DNA of 63,500 bases from Gracilinanus agilis (Eukaryota), in assembly GCF_016433145.1 (NCBI RefSeq), contig NC_058133.1, positions 503,039,696-503,103,195 of the forward strand, read 5' to 3'. Below the pieces are notes generated by a model, which was not told the DNA's origin, searched no databases, and was given only the letters and a program-made list of their open reading frames with translations. A program made the position numbers and the translations under genes. This document shows positions 1-12,300 of the stretch, piece by piece; positions within the stretch are counted from its first letter, which is position 1; each line of letters begins with the position of its first letter.

Positions 1-242
1 ATAAGGAAACTGAGGCTTGGGGAACTTTCTCAGAGACAGTAAGCCTCAGAGGTAGGATCGGAACCCACAACTTCTGTCACCAGAGTCAGGGGCTTTTCCC
101 ACTCTGCTCCTGGGGTTCTCTGGCTTCACCTTCTCTGAACTGAGGCCTCAGCGATGTACCTGGTGTGAGGAGAAGCCGAGCCCCGCTGCATCAGGCAGGT
201 GTGGCGCTGGCTGCCCCTCAGCGCTCTTTCCACCTTGGACAG

Positions 243-374
243 ATCGTTAAGAAGTCCTGCTACCCAAGATGGAACGAAACCTTTGAGTTTGAGCTGGACG
301 AGTCCGCCCCGGGGACGCTGTGTGTGGAAGCCTGGGACTGGGACCTGGTCAGCAGAAACGACTTCCTGGGCAAG
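243..374 (+). CDS. RASA4: RASA4 exon (C2B: [10 protein letters not shown]...NDFLGK)
   Basis: ag|ATC...AAG|gtgagt, 132 nt. Confidence 0.95.
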
Positions 375-3300
375 GTGAGTGAGGCCAGGCCAGCTCAGCT
401 CAGCCCCGCTTGGCTTTCCTTTTTTAAAGAAAAGATTTATTATTCATTAGGACCCTGACGACCACCACCAGCACAAACACAAAAGAGGATCGGAGAAGTA
501 AACTTGGTGTTTACGTATAGTTTGGGTTTTTTTTAAGCTCGTTTACATATCTATTTTAGGGGAAGCTGGGTGGCTCAGTGGATAGAGCCTGGCCTGGAGA
601 CGGGAGGTCCTGGGTTCAGATCTGGCATCAGACACTTCCTAGCCCACTTACCCCCATTGCCCAGCCCTTATTGCTCTTCTACCTTGGAACCAATACATAG
701 TGTTCATCCTAAGACCGAAGGTGAGAAAAAATCTGGCCTCAGACACTAGCTGTGTGAACCTGGGCGAGTCACTTAACTCTGTTTGCCTCCGTTTCCTCAT
801 CTATCAAACAAGAGAGCGAAGGCATTCCATATCTCTGCCAAGAAAACCCCAAGTGGGGTCATGACGAGTCGGACAGGACTGGAAGTGATTGAATGTCTAA
901 ATACAACGTGTGGGCACATGCCTGTATACGCACATCCTATAGAGTTCAAGTTGGAAGAGGCCTTCGAGGCCGTCCCGTCTAGCACCTCATTTAGAGCCAG
1001 GTGTCCGTCTGACTGACGGAGGTTCGGCCCTTGAGACACATGAGGCCGGAAGGGAAGGAGGGCTAAGGCCTGCCGTTAGGAAAGTTAAGTGACTCCTCCA
1101 AGGTCATTCAATGGTTGGGGATCAGAGGCTGGATTTGAACCCAGGGCCTCCAGACTCCACAGCCCACGCTTTGCCCCTTAACCATTCTGTCTCCTAACAA
1201 AACTCCTGTCTCTGACTCAGTCAGAGAAGTGACTTCTTCTGCAGAAGTGCCCGCTGTACTTGTAGGGCTACCTTAGGACGAGGCTGCCCTGCCCAGAGTG
1301 GGGAGATGGCAGCGGCGCTGCCTTTGGACCTAGGAAATCGGATGAGGATGGTCTGAGGAGATCTGGGATTGGTGCTCGGGGTATCCTTGCTCTGGGGGGT
1401 AATTAATGACCAAATGGCCCTTGGAGGGCCCTGGAGACGGCGATGGAGACAAGGAGGGTGAGGGGGGAGTCCACGATGCGGGCTTGGACACCCTCCATCT
1501 CGGAGCCATCTTGGACTTAGTCCTACAAGCGTAGTCTGGGGTTTCCCCGAAGAAGCAGCTCGTCCTCCCGTCCATCCAGGCAGACGCTGACCAAACTGGA
1601 GGGGAATCCGGCTAAGAAGCAAGTCGTAGAGCTCGTGCTTTGTCGCGAGTCCGAGGAACAAGCTGGGTTCGAATCCCGCCTGTCCTCTCGGCCACCAGGC
1701 AGCCTGGGGCGAGTTGCTCACCTTCCCCAGACGCAGGTTCCTCTTCCACAAGATGAGGGAGTTGGGGGAGGCGGACTCTGCGCTTCCTTCCAGCTCCAGA
1801 TCAACAGGATTCATTGGGGGGCTCGGCTACGTGGCCTTGGGGGAGTCCGGCTCCGAGACAGCCCCCTCCTACCAGATTTGCAACGCGGTCGGGCGGCTCT
1901 TCAAGTTCTTGGCCAACCCCTTTATTATTTACATTTATTAAACAAGTTACCGTTTACAAAGTTTTTCCTTGGAGGGCTAGAGGGGGGACGGTGGCCCCCA
2001 AGCGGGCAAGGAGGTCCCAGGGTTCCGGTAGTCTCTGATTTCTTTCCCTCCTCAGGTGATGTTCAACATCCACGGCCTGCAGGCTGCCCAGCGGGAAGAG
2101 GGCTGGTTCTGGCTGCGGCCAGACCAATCCAAGACCCGGATGGACGAGTGAGTGTCCCAGGCGGTGGGGATTGGAGGGCTCCAGGATGGAGCCTCATTCC
2201 AGGGCTCCAAAAGGCACACCATGGCAAGGAGGCGGCGTGGAATGAGCTCACCACTACTTGGGCTCCCCAGAGAGTGGCTGACCCTTCCCAGCCCACAGCC
2301 TTCCTCCCATGGAGCTCTCCAGTCCTAGGCACATTGGGGGGATACAGCAGGTGGACTCTGAGAAAAGAGTATCTATCCGCTTGGCCTCAGCCCCTTGTGA
2401 GTGGCTGCAGGGCCCAAATAGGGCTGGGCAGTGAGGAAGAATCAACTAGTCAATCGACAAGCACTTACTTGAGGCCCTTTGCTTAGTGCTGGCAAGACAA
2501 GAAAGAAGCAAAACCGTCCCTGCCCTCGCAGAGCTTACATTCTTTTTTTAAACCCTTCCTTTCTGACTTAATAACGACTCTAAGACAGAAGGGTCAGGGT
2601 TAGGCAAATACGGTTAAGTGACTTACCCAGGGTCACACAGCTAGGAAGCGTTTGAGGCCAGCTTTGAACCCAGATCTTCTCGACGCCAGGCTTGCTCTAT
2701 CCACTGAGCCCCCAGAGCTTACATTCTAAGGAAGGGAGACAGCGAGGACCCAAGAAGAGCCCTGCTTCCCATCGGCCGCACAGGGGGAAGCGCTTTGGTC
2801 CCATGATACCGATTGGTCAACCAGCCAGGAATCCTGTGCTGGGTTCCTAGATGGAGCTGTAGCTGCGCATCACCGATGCAGAACTGAAGGAAACTTAGAG
2901 GTCATAGCACCGAGCCCCTTCACTTTAAAGACGAGGAAACTGAGGCACAGAGGAGTTAAGGGACTCCCCCAAGGTCACACCACTACGTGAGGGTCCCATG
3001 TGGGATTTGGGTCTTCCTGATTCTAAGTCCAACCTTTTCCAAATCTGTCCCCTTCACCCACCACCTCGGAGTCCCTGCCATGGCCAAGCAGTGTAGGATA
3101 GAGCGGGGTTCGGCAATGTCTGGGCCCTCGAAAGGCTCTCAGTCCACTTGGGTGTCAAGAAATGGACACCCGAGAAATTCATCAACAATACAGGAAATGA
3201 ACTGCCCTGAGAGGGGGCAACATGGTGCCGGGGATCAGAAGGTTAGCCTCAGAGTCGGGACGACCTGGGTTCCTGCCCCACTTCTGACCGGTTCTCAGTG

Positions 3301-6300
3301 CCCTGGACAACTCTTTAAGACTATAACTTATTAACCCTTCCTAGCTGGGTGACCCTGGGCAAGTCATTTAACCCCCATGGCCTAGCCCTTACTGCTCTTC
3401 TGCCTTAGAACCAATACACAGGATTGTTTCTTAAAAAAAAAAAAAAAAGACTATAATTTATTGACACTTCCTAGTTGTATGGCCCTGGGCAAGTCACTTA
3501 ACCCCCACTGCCTAGCCCTTGCTAAGACGGAAGGTAAAAGTTTTAATTTTTAAAAAAAGAGACTATAAATTATCGATAAATTGATGGAGGGAGTTTCCAC
3601 ACTGGGAGTTCTCGTCTTTGCTAAAATCGCAGCTCAGCCTCCTCCCCCTCCCCAAACACTCCAAACACGGGATGACCGATAACTAAGGGAGATTGAGTGG
3701 AGTCTTCAAGGATGGGGAGGTTGGGGAGAAGCAGGGAGGATGGGAAAGGGCAGGAACGAAGGCAGGAGGTGGCAGTGTTTATGGGAGAGGGCGAGTGGGG
3801 CCCTGGGACTTCATGAGGAGGGAGCAGCAGGCTGGGATCCAGCCATGGAAAGCCTTGAATGCCAAGCTAAGGTCTTTGGCTCTGGGCCTCCGTCTTCCTC
3901 TCCTTTGACAAGCGAAGGGTTGGGGATGAGATATGATGAAATGGCTCCGGAGTTCCGCTCGCTTCCTCCCTCTGGATCCTGCCATCTCGAAGGCTCCCTC
4001 CTGGGCTTCTAGGAAGCTGGGACCTTCTCTTGCAGGCAGGAGGCAGGAGGATGGGGAGCCACGACAAGTGCTGCAGGAAGGCAGATCTTGAAGAGTTTGG
4101 TGCCTAGATTAAAGGGGAGGAGAGGCTGGGCTCGGGGAGCCTCCGGTCTCGGGGACTGAGGCCTCCCGCTCCCAGGGCCAGCCTGGGCTCCTTGCAGCTG
4201 CAGGTGCGGCTTCGGGACGAGACTGTGCTGCCTTCCAGCCTCTACCAGCCTCTGGTGCAGCTGCTTTGCCAGGAGGTCAAGCTGAGGCCCAAGGTGAGGG
4301 CGGGGGCACGGGCATGCCGACTTCCTCTTCTGGAACTGGGCAAAGCCACCGAGGCGGGAGTCTTCTCCCTTCTGGGGCCCAGAGACTTGTGCCCCTGTTT
4401 GTGCCCCTGTTTGTGCCCCTGTTTGTGCCCTTGTTTGTGCCCCTGTTTGTGCCCTTGTTTGTGCCCCTGTTTGTGCCCCTGTTTGTGCCCCTGTTTGTGC
4501 CCCCGTTTGTGCCCCCGTTTGTGCCCCTGTTTGTGCCCTTGTTTGTGCCCCTGTTTGTGCCCCTGTTTGTGCCCCTGTTTGTGCCCTTGTTTGTGCCCCT
4601 GTTTGTGCCCTTGTTTGTGCCCGTTTGTGCCCCTGTTTGTGCCCCTGTTTGTGCCCCTGTTTGTGCCCCGCGGTCCCCATTCTCCCGGGGTGGGCGGCAC
4701 CCTCCATCCTGGGGAGGCCGAGGAGGGGACGTTCTGGAGTGCCTTCTAGGTGGGGCCTCATTAAAGCGGCCCCTCCTGGCCCAAGACGAGGCCTACCTTG
4801 CAGGACAACCTGAGCCCCCGGGTTGGAGGTAGGATGGGAGGACGGAGCGGGGGGAGACGGCGGAGGATGCCAGCCTCCCCCTTCACTGGGCCCAACACTG
4901 CCCTCCCGTCTTCCATCCCCAAAGGACCATCCGGTGCAGCTGATCTCCCTCATTGAGGAGACCACGACGGCCGAGTGTCGCCAGGAGGTGGCCACCAATC
5001 TGGTCAAGCTCTTCCTGGGCCAGGGGCTGGCCAAGGAGTTCCTGGACCTGCTTTTCCAACTGGAGCTCAGACGGACTGGTGAGAGGCCTCTCTCCAGGGC
5101 CCAGATGGTGTGCTCACACCCACGGATGGGGGCAGAGGAAGCAAGGAGCCACCCCAAGTTTGGATCTCTGGAAATAAAACTGAAGAAACTTAGGAGGAGT
5201 CCAGTGGAAAGAGCAATCAGAGAGGGCTTCCTGGAAGGAGTGAGACTTGATCTGAGTGTTGGAGGCAAAGTAGAATGAAGAAGAAAGGCAGATGGTCTCC
5301 TTTCTCATCTCTGCCCATCTTCTGCAGCCTACTTTGCCTCCAAAATCCAGCTCAAGCCTCCCTTCTTCCAGGAAGCCTTCTCTGATTGCAACAAGGTTTG
5401 GAACGAGCAGGGCATTAGATGGGGCACAGCCAGAACAAGGGACTCTCAGGTTGCCCAGAAAGGGGTGGGGGCAGGGGGAGGGGAGATTCTGCCTCATAAT
5501 TCCCAGACTTGGGGGGAGGAATGAAGTCATTCAAGAGAATATCTGTGGCCCAGTACGCCTGGCCCTTCCCTGGTGGCTTTTCCAGGTCCTGCCATCCCAG
5601 CAACTTGAACCCAGCTGCCTCCTTTCCCAGCTTCCCACTCTCAGGCCCCTCACAATCCTCTTTTTATTTTACTTTATTTGTTGGTCTTCACTAGTGTTCA
5701 TCATTTATTAAATATTTGTTATTTAGTAGCTATATGGGACTGGTATGCAGTTGGGATCTAATAAATGCTCATTGATTTTGCAGTGGAGGCCAACACCCTC
5801 TTCCGGAGCAACTCTCTGGCTTCCAAGTCCATGGAATCCTTTCTGAAGGTGAGAAGGAGGTCGGGGAGAGGGTAGGCAGGGTCGAGTCCAAGGACAGAAC
5901 CAGGGATAGGGATAGACGCCTTCCTGTCTACACTGTCCATCTCTCTACTGTCAATGGGATCAGTCATGGAAGACTTAAGAGAGGTGGGGAGGAAGCGGTA
6001 CAGGGCGGTACAGGGAGCTCTCCACAAGGCTTCCAGCAAACACAGCCGCCCGCCTGGTTACAGAGGAGCTCAGCCCCTCCGAGACCCTCTCAGCAAAGGT
6101 GAAAAGGAAGGGGGCGCCGTGGTGATCAGTAAAACAAAAGGGAAACACCAGCAAGCTCCTCCGGCCAGACCAGGACTTCACCAGAAGCCAGCAAGTGTTC
6201 TAGTAAGGGGCAGCCTCTTAGCTAGTGAGCCCTCCACCCTGGCTCACCTGGAGTGAGGAAGACCCAAGTTAAAATCAGCTGCGTGACCCTGGGAAAGTCA

Positions 6301-9300
6301 CTTCACCTCTGTTTGCTTCAGTTTCTGCAAAGTGGGGACAATAATATCTCCCAGCATTGTTTTTTTTTTTTAATTTTAAACCCTTAACTTCTAGGTATTG
6401 ACTTATAGGTGGAAGATTGGTAAGGGTGGGCAATGGGGTCAAGTGACTTGCCCAGGGTCACACAGCTGGGAAGTATCTGAGGCCGGATTTGAACCCAGGA
6501 CCTCCCGTCTCTAGGCCTGGCTCTCAATCCACTGAGCTACCCAGCTGCCCCTCCCAGCATTGTTTTGAGGTTCACACAAGAGAATCATTATAAAACACAT
6601 TCACATTCAAGAAATGCTACCTATTTGGAGCCACAGAGGGAGACAAAGCCAGTCCCATGTAGACAACATAACACAATGGACAGCACTGGCCTTGGAGTCT
6701 AGAAGACCCAGGTTCAGATGTTGGCTCAGATACTGACTGTGTGACTGTGGGCAAGTCACTTCTCTGGGTATCAGTTTTTTTATCTGCAAGTGGAGAAATG
6801 GTACTTGATGACCTTGAAGTCTTTACCAGCTTTGAGTCTATGATCGTACACAAGGAGGCAGAGTTGGAGAAGGGGAACTTGAACTGTTCATGCATACCCA
6901 GAGTACTCTCGGAGGCAGGAAGGCAGTATGATCTCCATTAGGCAGTAGGGACTTACCAGTCCTGTGAGTAAGCCAGCTGCTGGCTGGTGGCAGGGCAAGG
7001 AGAAGGAGATGGAGATGGGGCTGGAATAATAACCCAAGATGAATCACCACAAGAAAAAAGCAGAAGCCAGTGATTGAGGTGGAGTACCTGGCACTGACGC
7101 TGGGTCTAGCTCCTTATTCTATACCAGGATTGAGGAAAAGGACAAGGAGGAGTGCCAAAGATCAGCCACTCCATCTGGGACTGCAATGAGGCAGTGGTCT
7201 GATTCAGTCATTGTCATGTCCAACTCTTTGTGATTCCATGGACCACAGCCCCACAGACCCTTCGATCCTCTGCTCTCTCTCAAACTTTGTCCAAGTTCAC
7301 ATTTGTCGAGGCAATGATAAGCAAGGGCAGAGTGAAACCAGGAAGAATCCATTGGTCATCCATCTCCCAAAAGAAACTCCAACACCCAGAAATGTTGCAG
7401 CCAAAATCTAAGGCTTCCAGGTCAAAGAAAAAATACAATCAGCCACAAAGAAAGAGCTCAATTACTAAGGACCCACCACCAGAAACGCAAGATTATTCTG
7501 CAGCTATGAAAAAGGAAAAGAAATCTTGGAACATAACAAAGGGCAAAAGAAAAAAAAAGGGCTTACAACTAAGAAAAATATATTCTTGCAAAACTGAGTA
7601 TAATCACCGGAAAGACCTCCAGGAACTGATGCAGAGTGAAAGGAGCAGAGCCAGAAGAACATTGTACACAGATGGATACACTGTGGTAAAATCGAATGTA
7701 ATGGACTTCTGTACTAGCAGCAATGCAATGACCCAGGACAATTCTGAGGGACTTATGGAAAAGATGCTACCCACATTCTGAGGAAGAACTACAGGAGTGG
7801 AAACACAGAAGAAAAGCAACTGCTTGAACACATGGGTTGAGGTGGACATGATTGGGGATGTGGACTCGAAACTACCACACCAATGCAACTAACAACAATT
7901 TGGAAATAAGTCTTGATCAATGACACATGTTAAAACCAGTGGAAATGCGCATTGGCTATGGGGGTGGGGGTTGGGGGCGTGAAGGGGAAAGTAAGAGCAT
8001 GAATCATGTAACCATGTTAATTTTCTAAAAATTAAATATCACTAAACGTTAAAAAAAAAAACTGAGTATAATCCTACAAAGGAAGAAGTTAACTTTTAAT
8101 AGAAACGAGGACTTTCAAATAGTCCTGATGAAAATACCAGTGCTAGGTTGAATTTTTGAAATGAAAATATAGATATAAGAAACCTAGGAAGGCTAATAAA
8201 CTTAACCAATTGGATGGGACTAAATTATGCTTACAACTGATAGGAGGAGAAAAGACAAACATCCCTTCAGAATCTCACTATCTTAAAGGATTATAGAAAG
8301 AGTAAAGATAACACAGGGCTTGGATGTAGTTTTGTTTGGGGTCTTTTTCTTATCAATGTCTTCTTTGGGATTTAAGCCTAATAATGGAATCTCTGAGTCA
8401 AAAAGACTCCAAACATTTTAGTGTGTTTAATATGAACATTTGTCGGTTTGTGACTTAGTATGTTCGTAGTATGAACATTTTAGTCAATTTATTTGAATAC
8501 TTCCAAATTGCTTTCCAGAATGGTTGTACTGCATCACAACTCCACCAACAATGCATATATCTTCTCACAACCTCTGCAACAGTATTTTCATCTTTTGTCC
8601 TCCTTGCCAATTTGCAGAATATGAGATAGAACCTCAAGGTTGCTTTGATTCATATTTCTCTTGATTGAGTGCATTATTTTATATGGTTTACTGGTGATCT
8701 CTTAACTGTTTCATCCAGTACATTGTCTCTGTCTTCATCCTTCTTCATTTTTGACACTGTTTGCTATAGCCTCGTCCTGGATGCTCTTTCCTATATGGCT
8801 TCCATAACCCTGCTCTCTCCTGCTTTTCCTCCTGTCTGACAGACCTTCTCTGTCTTCTTTTCTAGATCATCATCCATCTTTGGTCCCCTAAATGAGGGTG
8901 GGTTCTAGGGCTCTGTCCTAGGCCCAATTCTCTTTTCTTTAAGCACTCTCTCTTTCAATAGTCTCATGGACTCCTATAGGTTCAATTATCATCTTTATTC
9001 AAAGGATTTTAAGATCTGAGGCCAGAAGTCACTTATTCTCCCTGGGCCTCAGTTTCCTCATCTTTAAATGAAGGAAGTGATAGACTAAATGGCCCCTGAG
9101 GTCCTTTTCAGTTTTTGATCTGGTATGTATGTGTGTCCTATATGTCCTATTCTCATCTCTTCTAAGCTCTGGATAACAAATTGCTTGTTAGACATCTCCA
9201 CCTAAATGTTTAATAGGTATCTCAAACTCAATATGTCCAAAACTTAACTCATTGTTTTCTTACATAAACATACTTCTTCTCTAGCCTTCTCTATTTCTGT

Positions 9301-12300
9301 TGAAGGCACCACCATCCTTCTGGTCTCCCGTGTTCAATTCCTCAGAATCTTCAATTCTTTGTTCTCTTTAAAGGTACACAGTCTTACTTTCGTCATTGCA
9401 TTTTTAGTGCTTAACAATGTGTCTGACATATAATTAATGCTTAATAAATGTTTGCTAATTGAAATAATTGAGGAAGTGGGACTTGAACTCAGCCCTAAAT
9501 GACAGTGAGTATTTAGATGAGTGGAAAGGAAGAGGAATGACATTCTTAGTGAGAAATTACCTTCTCTTCTCTTCCCTCATCCCAAGTCTGCCATGTCTCC
9601 CATATCACCAACCCACCTTTTCCACCTTTCTCCCTCCGTGACCTATCCTGGCCCCTCTCTCCTGCAGATCTCAGGCATGCAGTATCTACACAGCGTTCTG
9701 GGCCCTACCATCAATCGAGTCTTTGAAGAGAAGAAGTATGTGGAATTGGACCCCAGCAAAGTGGAGATCAAGGACGTGGGGTAAAGATAGCCCCTGGCAG
9801 GAGCAAGGGACCCTAGTCCTTTTGGGGTGGGCATTCCTAGCTGTGCCATGGAGACGAGAAGAAATCATGAATACCTTGCCCAGTTCCAAACCCCTCAAGA
9901 GTAAGGCTTTGAAGGGCTAAGTGAGAAACTGATATTGCATGATCCAAAAGTTGAAGGGAAGAGGGATCCTAGACCTTTGTCTCTGTTTCAGGGTGTCTCT
10001 CTATGTGTCTATGTCTTTCTATGTGTCCTGTGTTTCTTCACCTGGATTTTCATGTTTCTGTCTTTGTGCATGTCTATTTGGATTACCATATATGCTTCTG
10101 TCTGTCTGAGTCTTTATCTGAATCGTTGTATATCTATGTGCTTGGGAGTGTCTCTATTTAAATCTGTGTTTGTGTGTGTGCCTGCCTTTATCTCTATGTA
10201 TGTGTGGGTATCTATGTCTGTGTCTGTGTCTATATCTATATCTATGTTTATATCTATGCCTGTGTCTGTGTCTATATCTCTATATTTGTGTCTATGTCTA
10301 TGCCTTTTTATGTATCTATATCTATGTTCACATTTATATCTATGTCAATGTTTGTGTCTTTGTCTATATTGATATCTGTGTCTATATCTCTATGTGTCTG
10401 TGTCTATGTCTATGTCTGTTTATATGTCTATATCCATGTCCATGTTTATATCTATGTAAATGTTTGTGTCTTTGACTATATTGATGTCTATGGCTATATC
10501 TGTGCTTATATCTATGACTATGTCTGTTTCTGTGCCTATATCTATGACTGGGTCTATGTCTATATCTCTATCTCTATGTCTGTGTCTATGTCTGTCTCTA
10601 TGTCTGTGCCTATGTCTATTTCTGTGTCTATATCTATGACTGTGTCTATATCTCTATCTTTATGACTATGTCTGTGTCTATATCTCTATGTTTGTGTCTG
10701 TGTCTGTTTCTCTATCTCTATGTTTGTGTCTGTGTCTATTTCTCTATCTCTATGACTGTGTCCGTGTCTATGTCTATGTCTGTTTCTGTGCCTATATCTA
10801 TGGCTGTGTCTGTGTCTATATCTCTATGTTTATGTCTGTGTCTATATCTCTATCTCTATGACTGTGTCTGTGTCTATATCTCTATGTTTGTGTCTGTGTC
10901 TATGTCTATGTCTGTTTCTGTGCCTATATCTATGGCTGTGTCTGTGTCTATATCTCTATCTCTATGTCTGTGTCTGTGTCTTATGTCTGTTTCTGTGCTT
11001 ATATCTATGTCTGTGTCTGTGTTTATATCTCTACCTCTATGTCTGTGTCTGTGTCTATGTCTGTTTCTGTGCCTATATCTATGACTGGGTCTGTGTCTAT
11101 ATCTCTATCTCTTGTCTGTGTCTGTGTCTATGTCTGTTTCTGTGCCTATATCTCTATCTCTGTCTGTGTCTTTGTCTGTGTCTATATCTCTTTGTTTGTG
11201 TGTTTGTGTCTATATCTCTATCTCTAGGCCTGTGTCTGTGTGTATATCTCTATCTCTATGTCTGTGTCTATGTCTGTTTTTGTATCTATATCTATGTCCA
11301 TGTTTATATCTCTGTCAGTGTTTGTGTCTTTGTCTGTATGGATGTCTATGGCTATATCTGTGCCTATATCTTTAGGCTTATATTTATGTCTGTATCTGTA
11401 TCTGTCTATAGCTATGTCTCTGTGTATCTATATCTGAATGGGGTGGGGGAAGGGCAGAGGAACACCAGCACAGTATGACATGCATTTTCCTCACTCCAGG
11501 TGCTCAGGACTGCACCGGATCCAGACAGAGAGTGAGGTGATGGAGCAGAGTGCCCAGACCCTACAGTCATACCTGGGTGGGCTTCTGTCGGCCATCAGTC
11601 GCTCTGTGAGGATGTGTCCAGCAGTCATCCGTGCCACCTTCCGCCAACTTTTCAAGAGGGTGCAGGAACATTTTCCTGAGAACAAGCACCAGGTTGGACC
11701 CTGTTGCTTTTCCCAGTTGGGACCCTGCCCCTGTGGTGGGGACAGAGGCTTCTCTTAGAAATATGGGAGCCAAGGGAGGGCTATGGAATACCACAGGAGA
11801 CAGAGGTTTGTAGCCCAGTTCAGGGGCCTAGGAGGGAGAGCCAGGCATGCATCCTCTGAGAACCTGGCATATTCTTGCCTTTAGAGCTAAAAAGTGTGAC
11901 ATCTTGTACTTTCCAAAGAGTCTTCAAGGCCACAGGAGGTGAAAGCAGATATAATGATGCCCATTTTACAGATGAAGAAACTGAGGTCCAGTCTTTTAAA
12001 AGATGGCACAAGTGTTTAGTGGTAGAGCCAGGAATGGGCTCTGGGTCTCCTAACTCTTCAGGACTTCCTGCCCTACTATGTGCCAAGTTGTCCTCCCTGC
12101 TCTTACCCCAGCCTGGGTTGAGCCAAGCTATTCCTCCCCAGAGGCAACTACATGGGCCACAGCACCCTGGCTGCTCCTGGACAGGTGGATGTGGGCAGGG
12201 GGGTTTCTGGGGTACTGCTCACCCAGAGTAAGAGGGGACCCAAACCCAACCCACAGAACCTGAAGTTCATTGCCGTCACCAGCTTCCTGTGCTTACGCTT

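Noticed and set aside
1663-1680. tRNA-like T-arm GGGTTCGAATCCC
   Set aside because: No cloverleaf; followed by CORE-SINE sequence, so it is a SINE B-box.
4387-4669. CRISPR-like array
   Set aside because: Contiguous tandem units without spacers, in a mammalian intron.
4009-5268. Long ORFs with (CPCL)n, (VPLF)n, (AQTG)n and (GHKQ)n repeats
   Set aside because: Products of the stop-free 12-bp minisatellite inside a RASA4 intron; no independent gene structure.
9935-11478. Many Cys/Leu/Val/Ser/Met-rich ORFs
   Set aside because: Artefacts of the period-2 microsatellite, which rarely forms stop codons.
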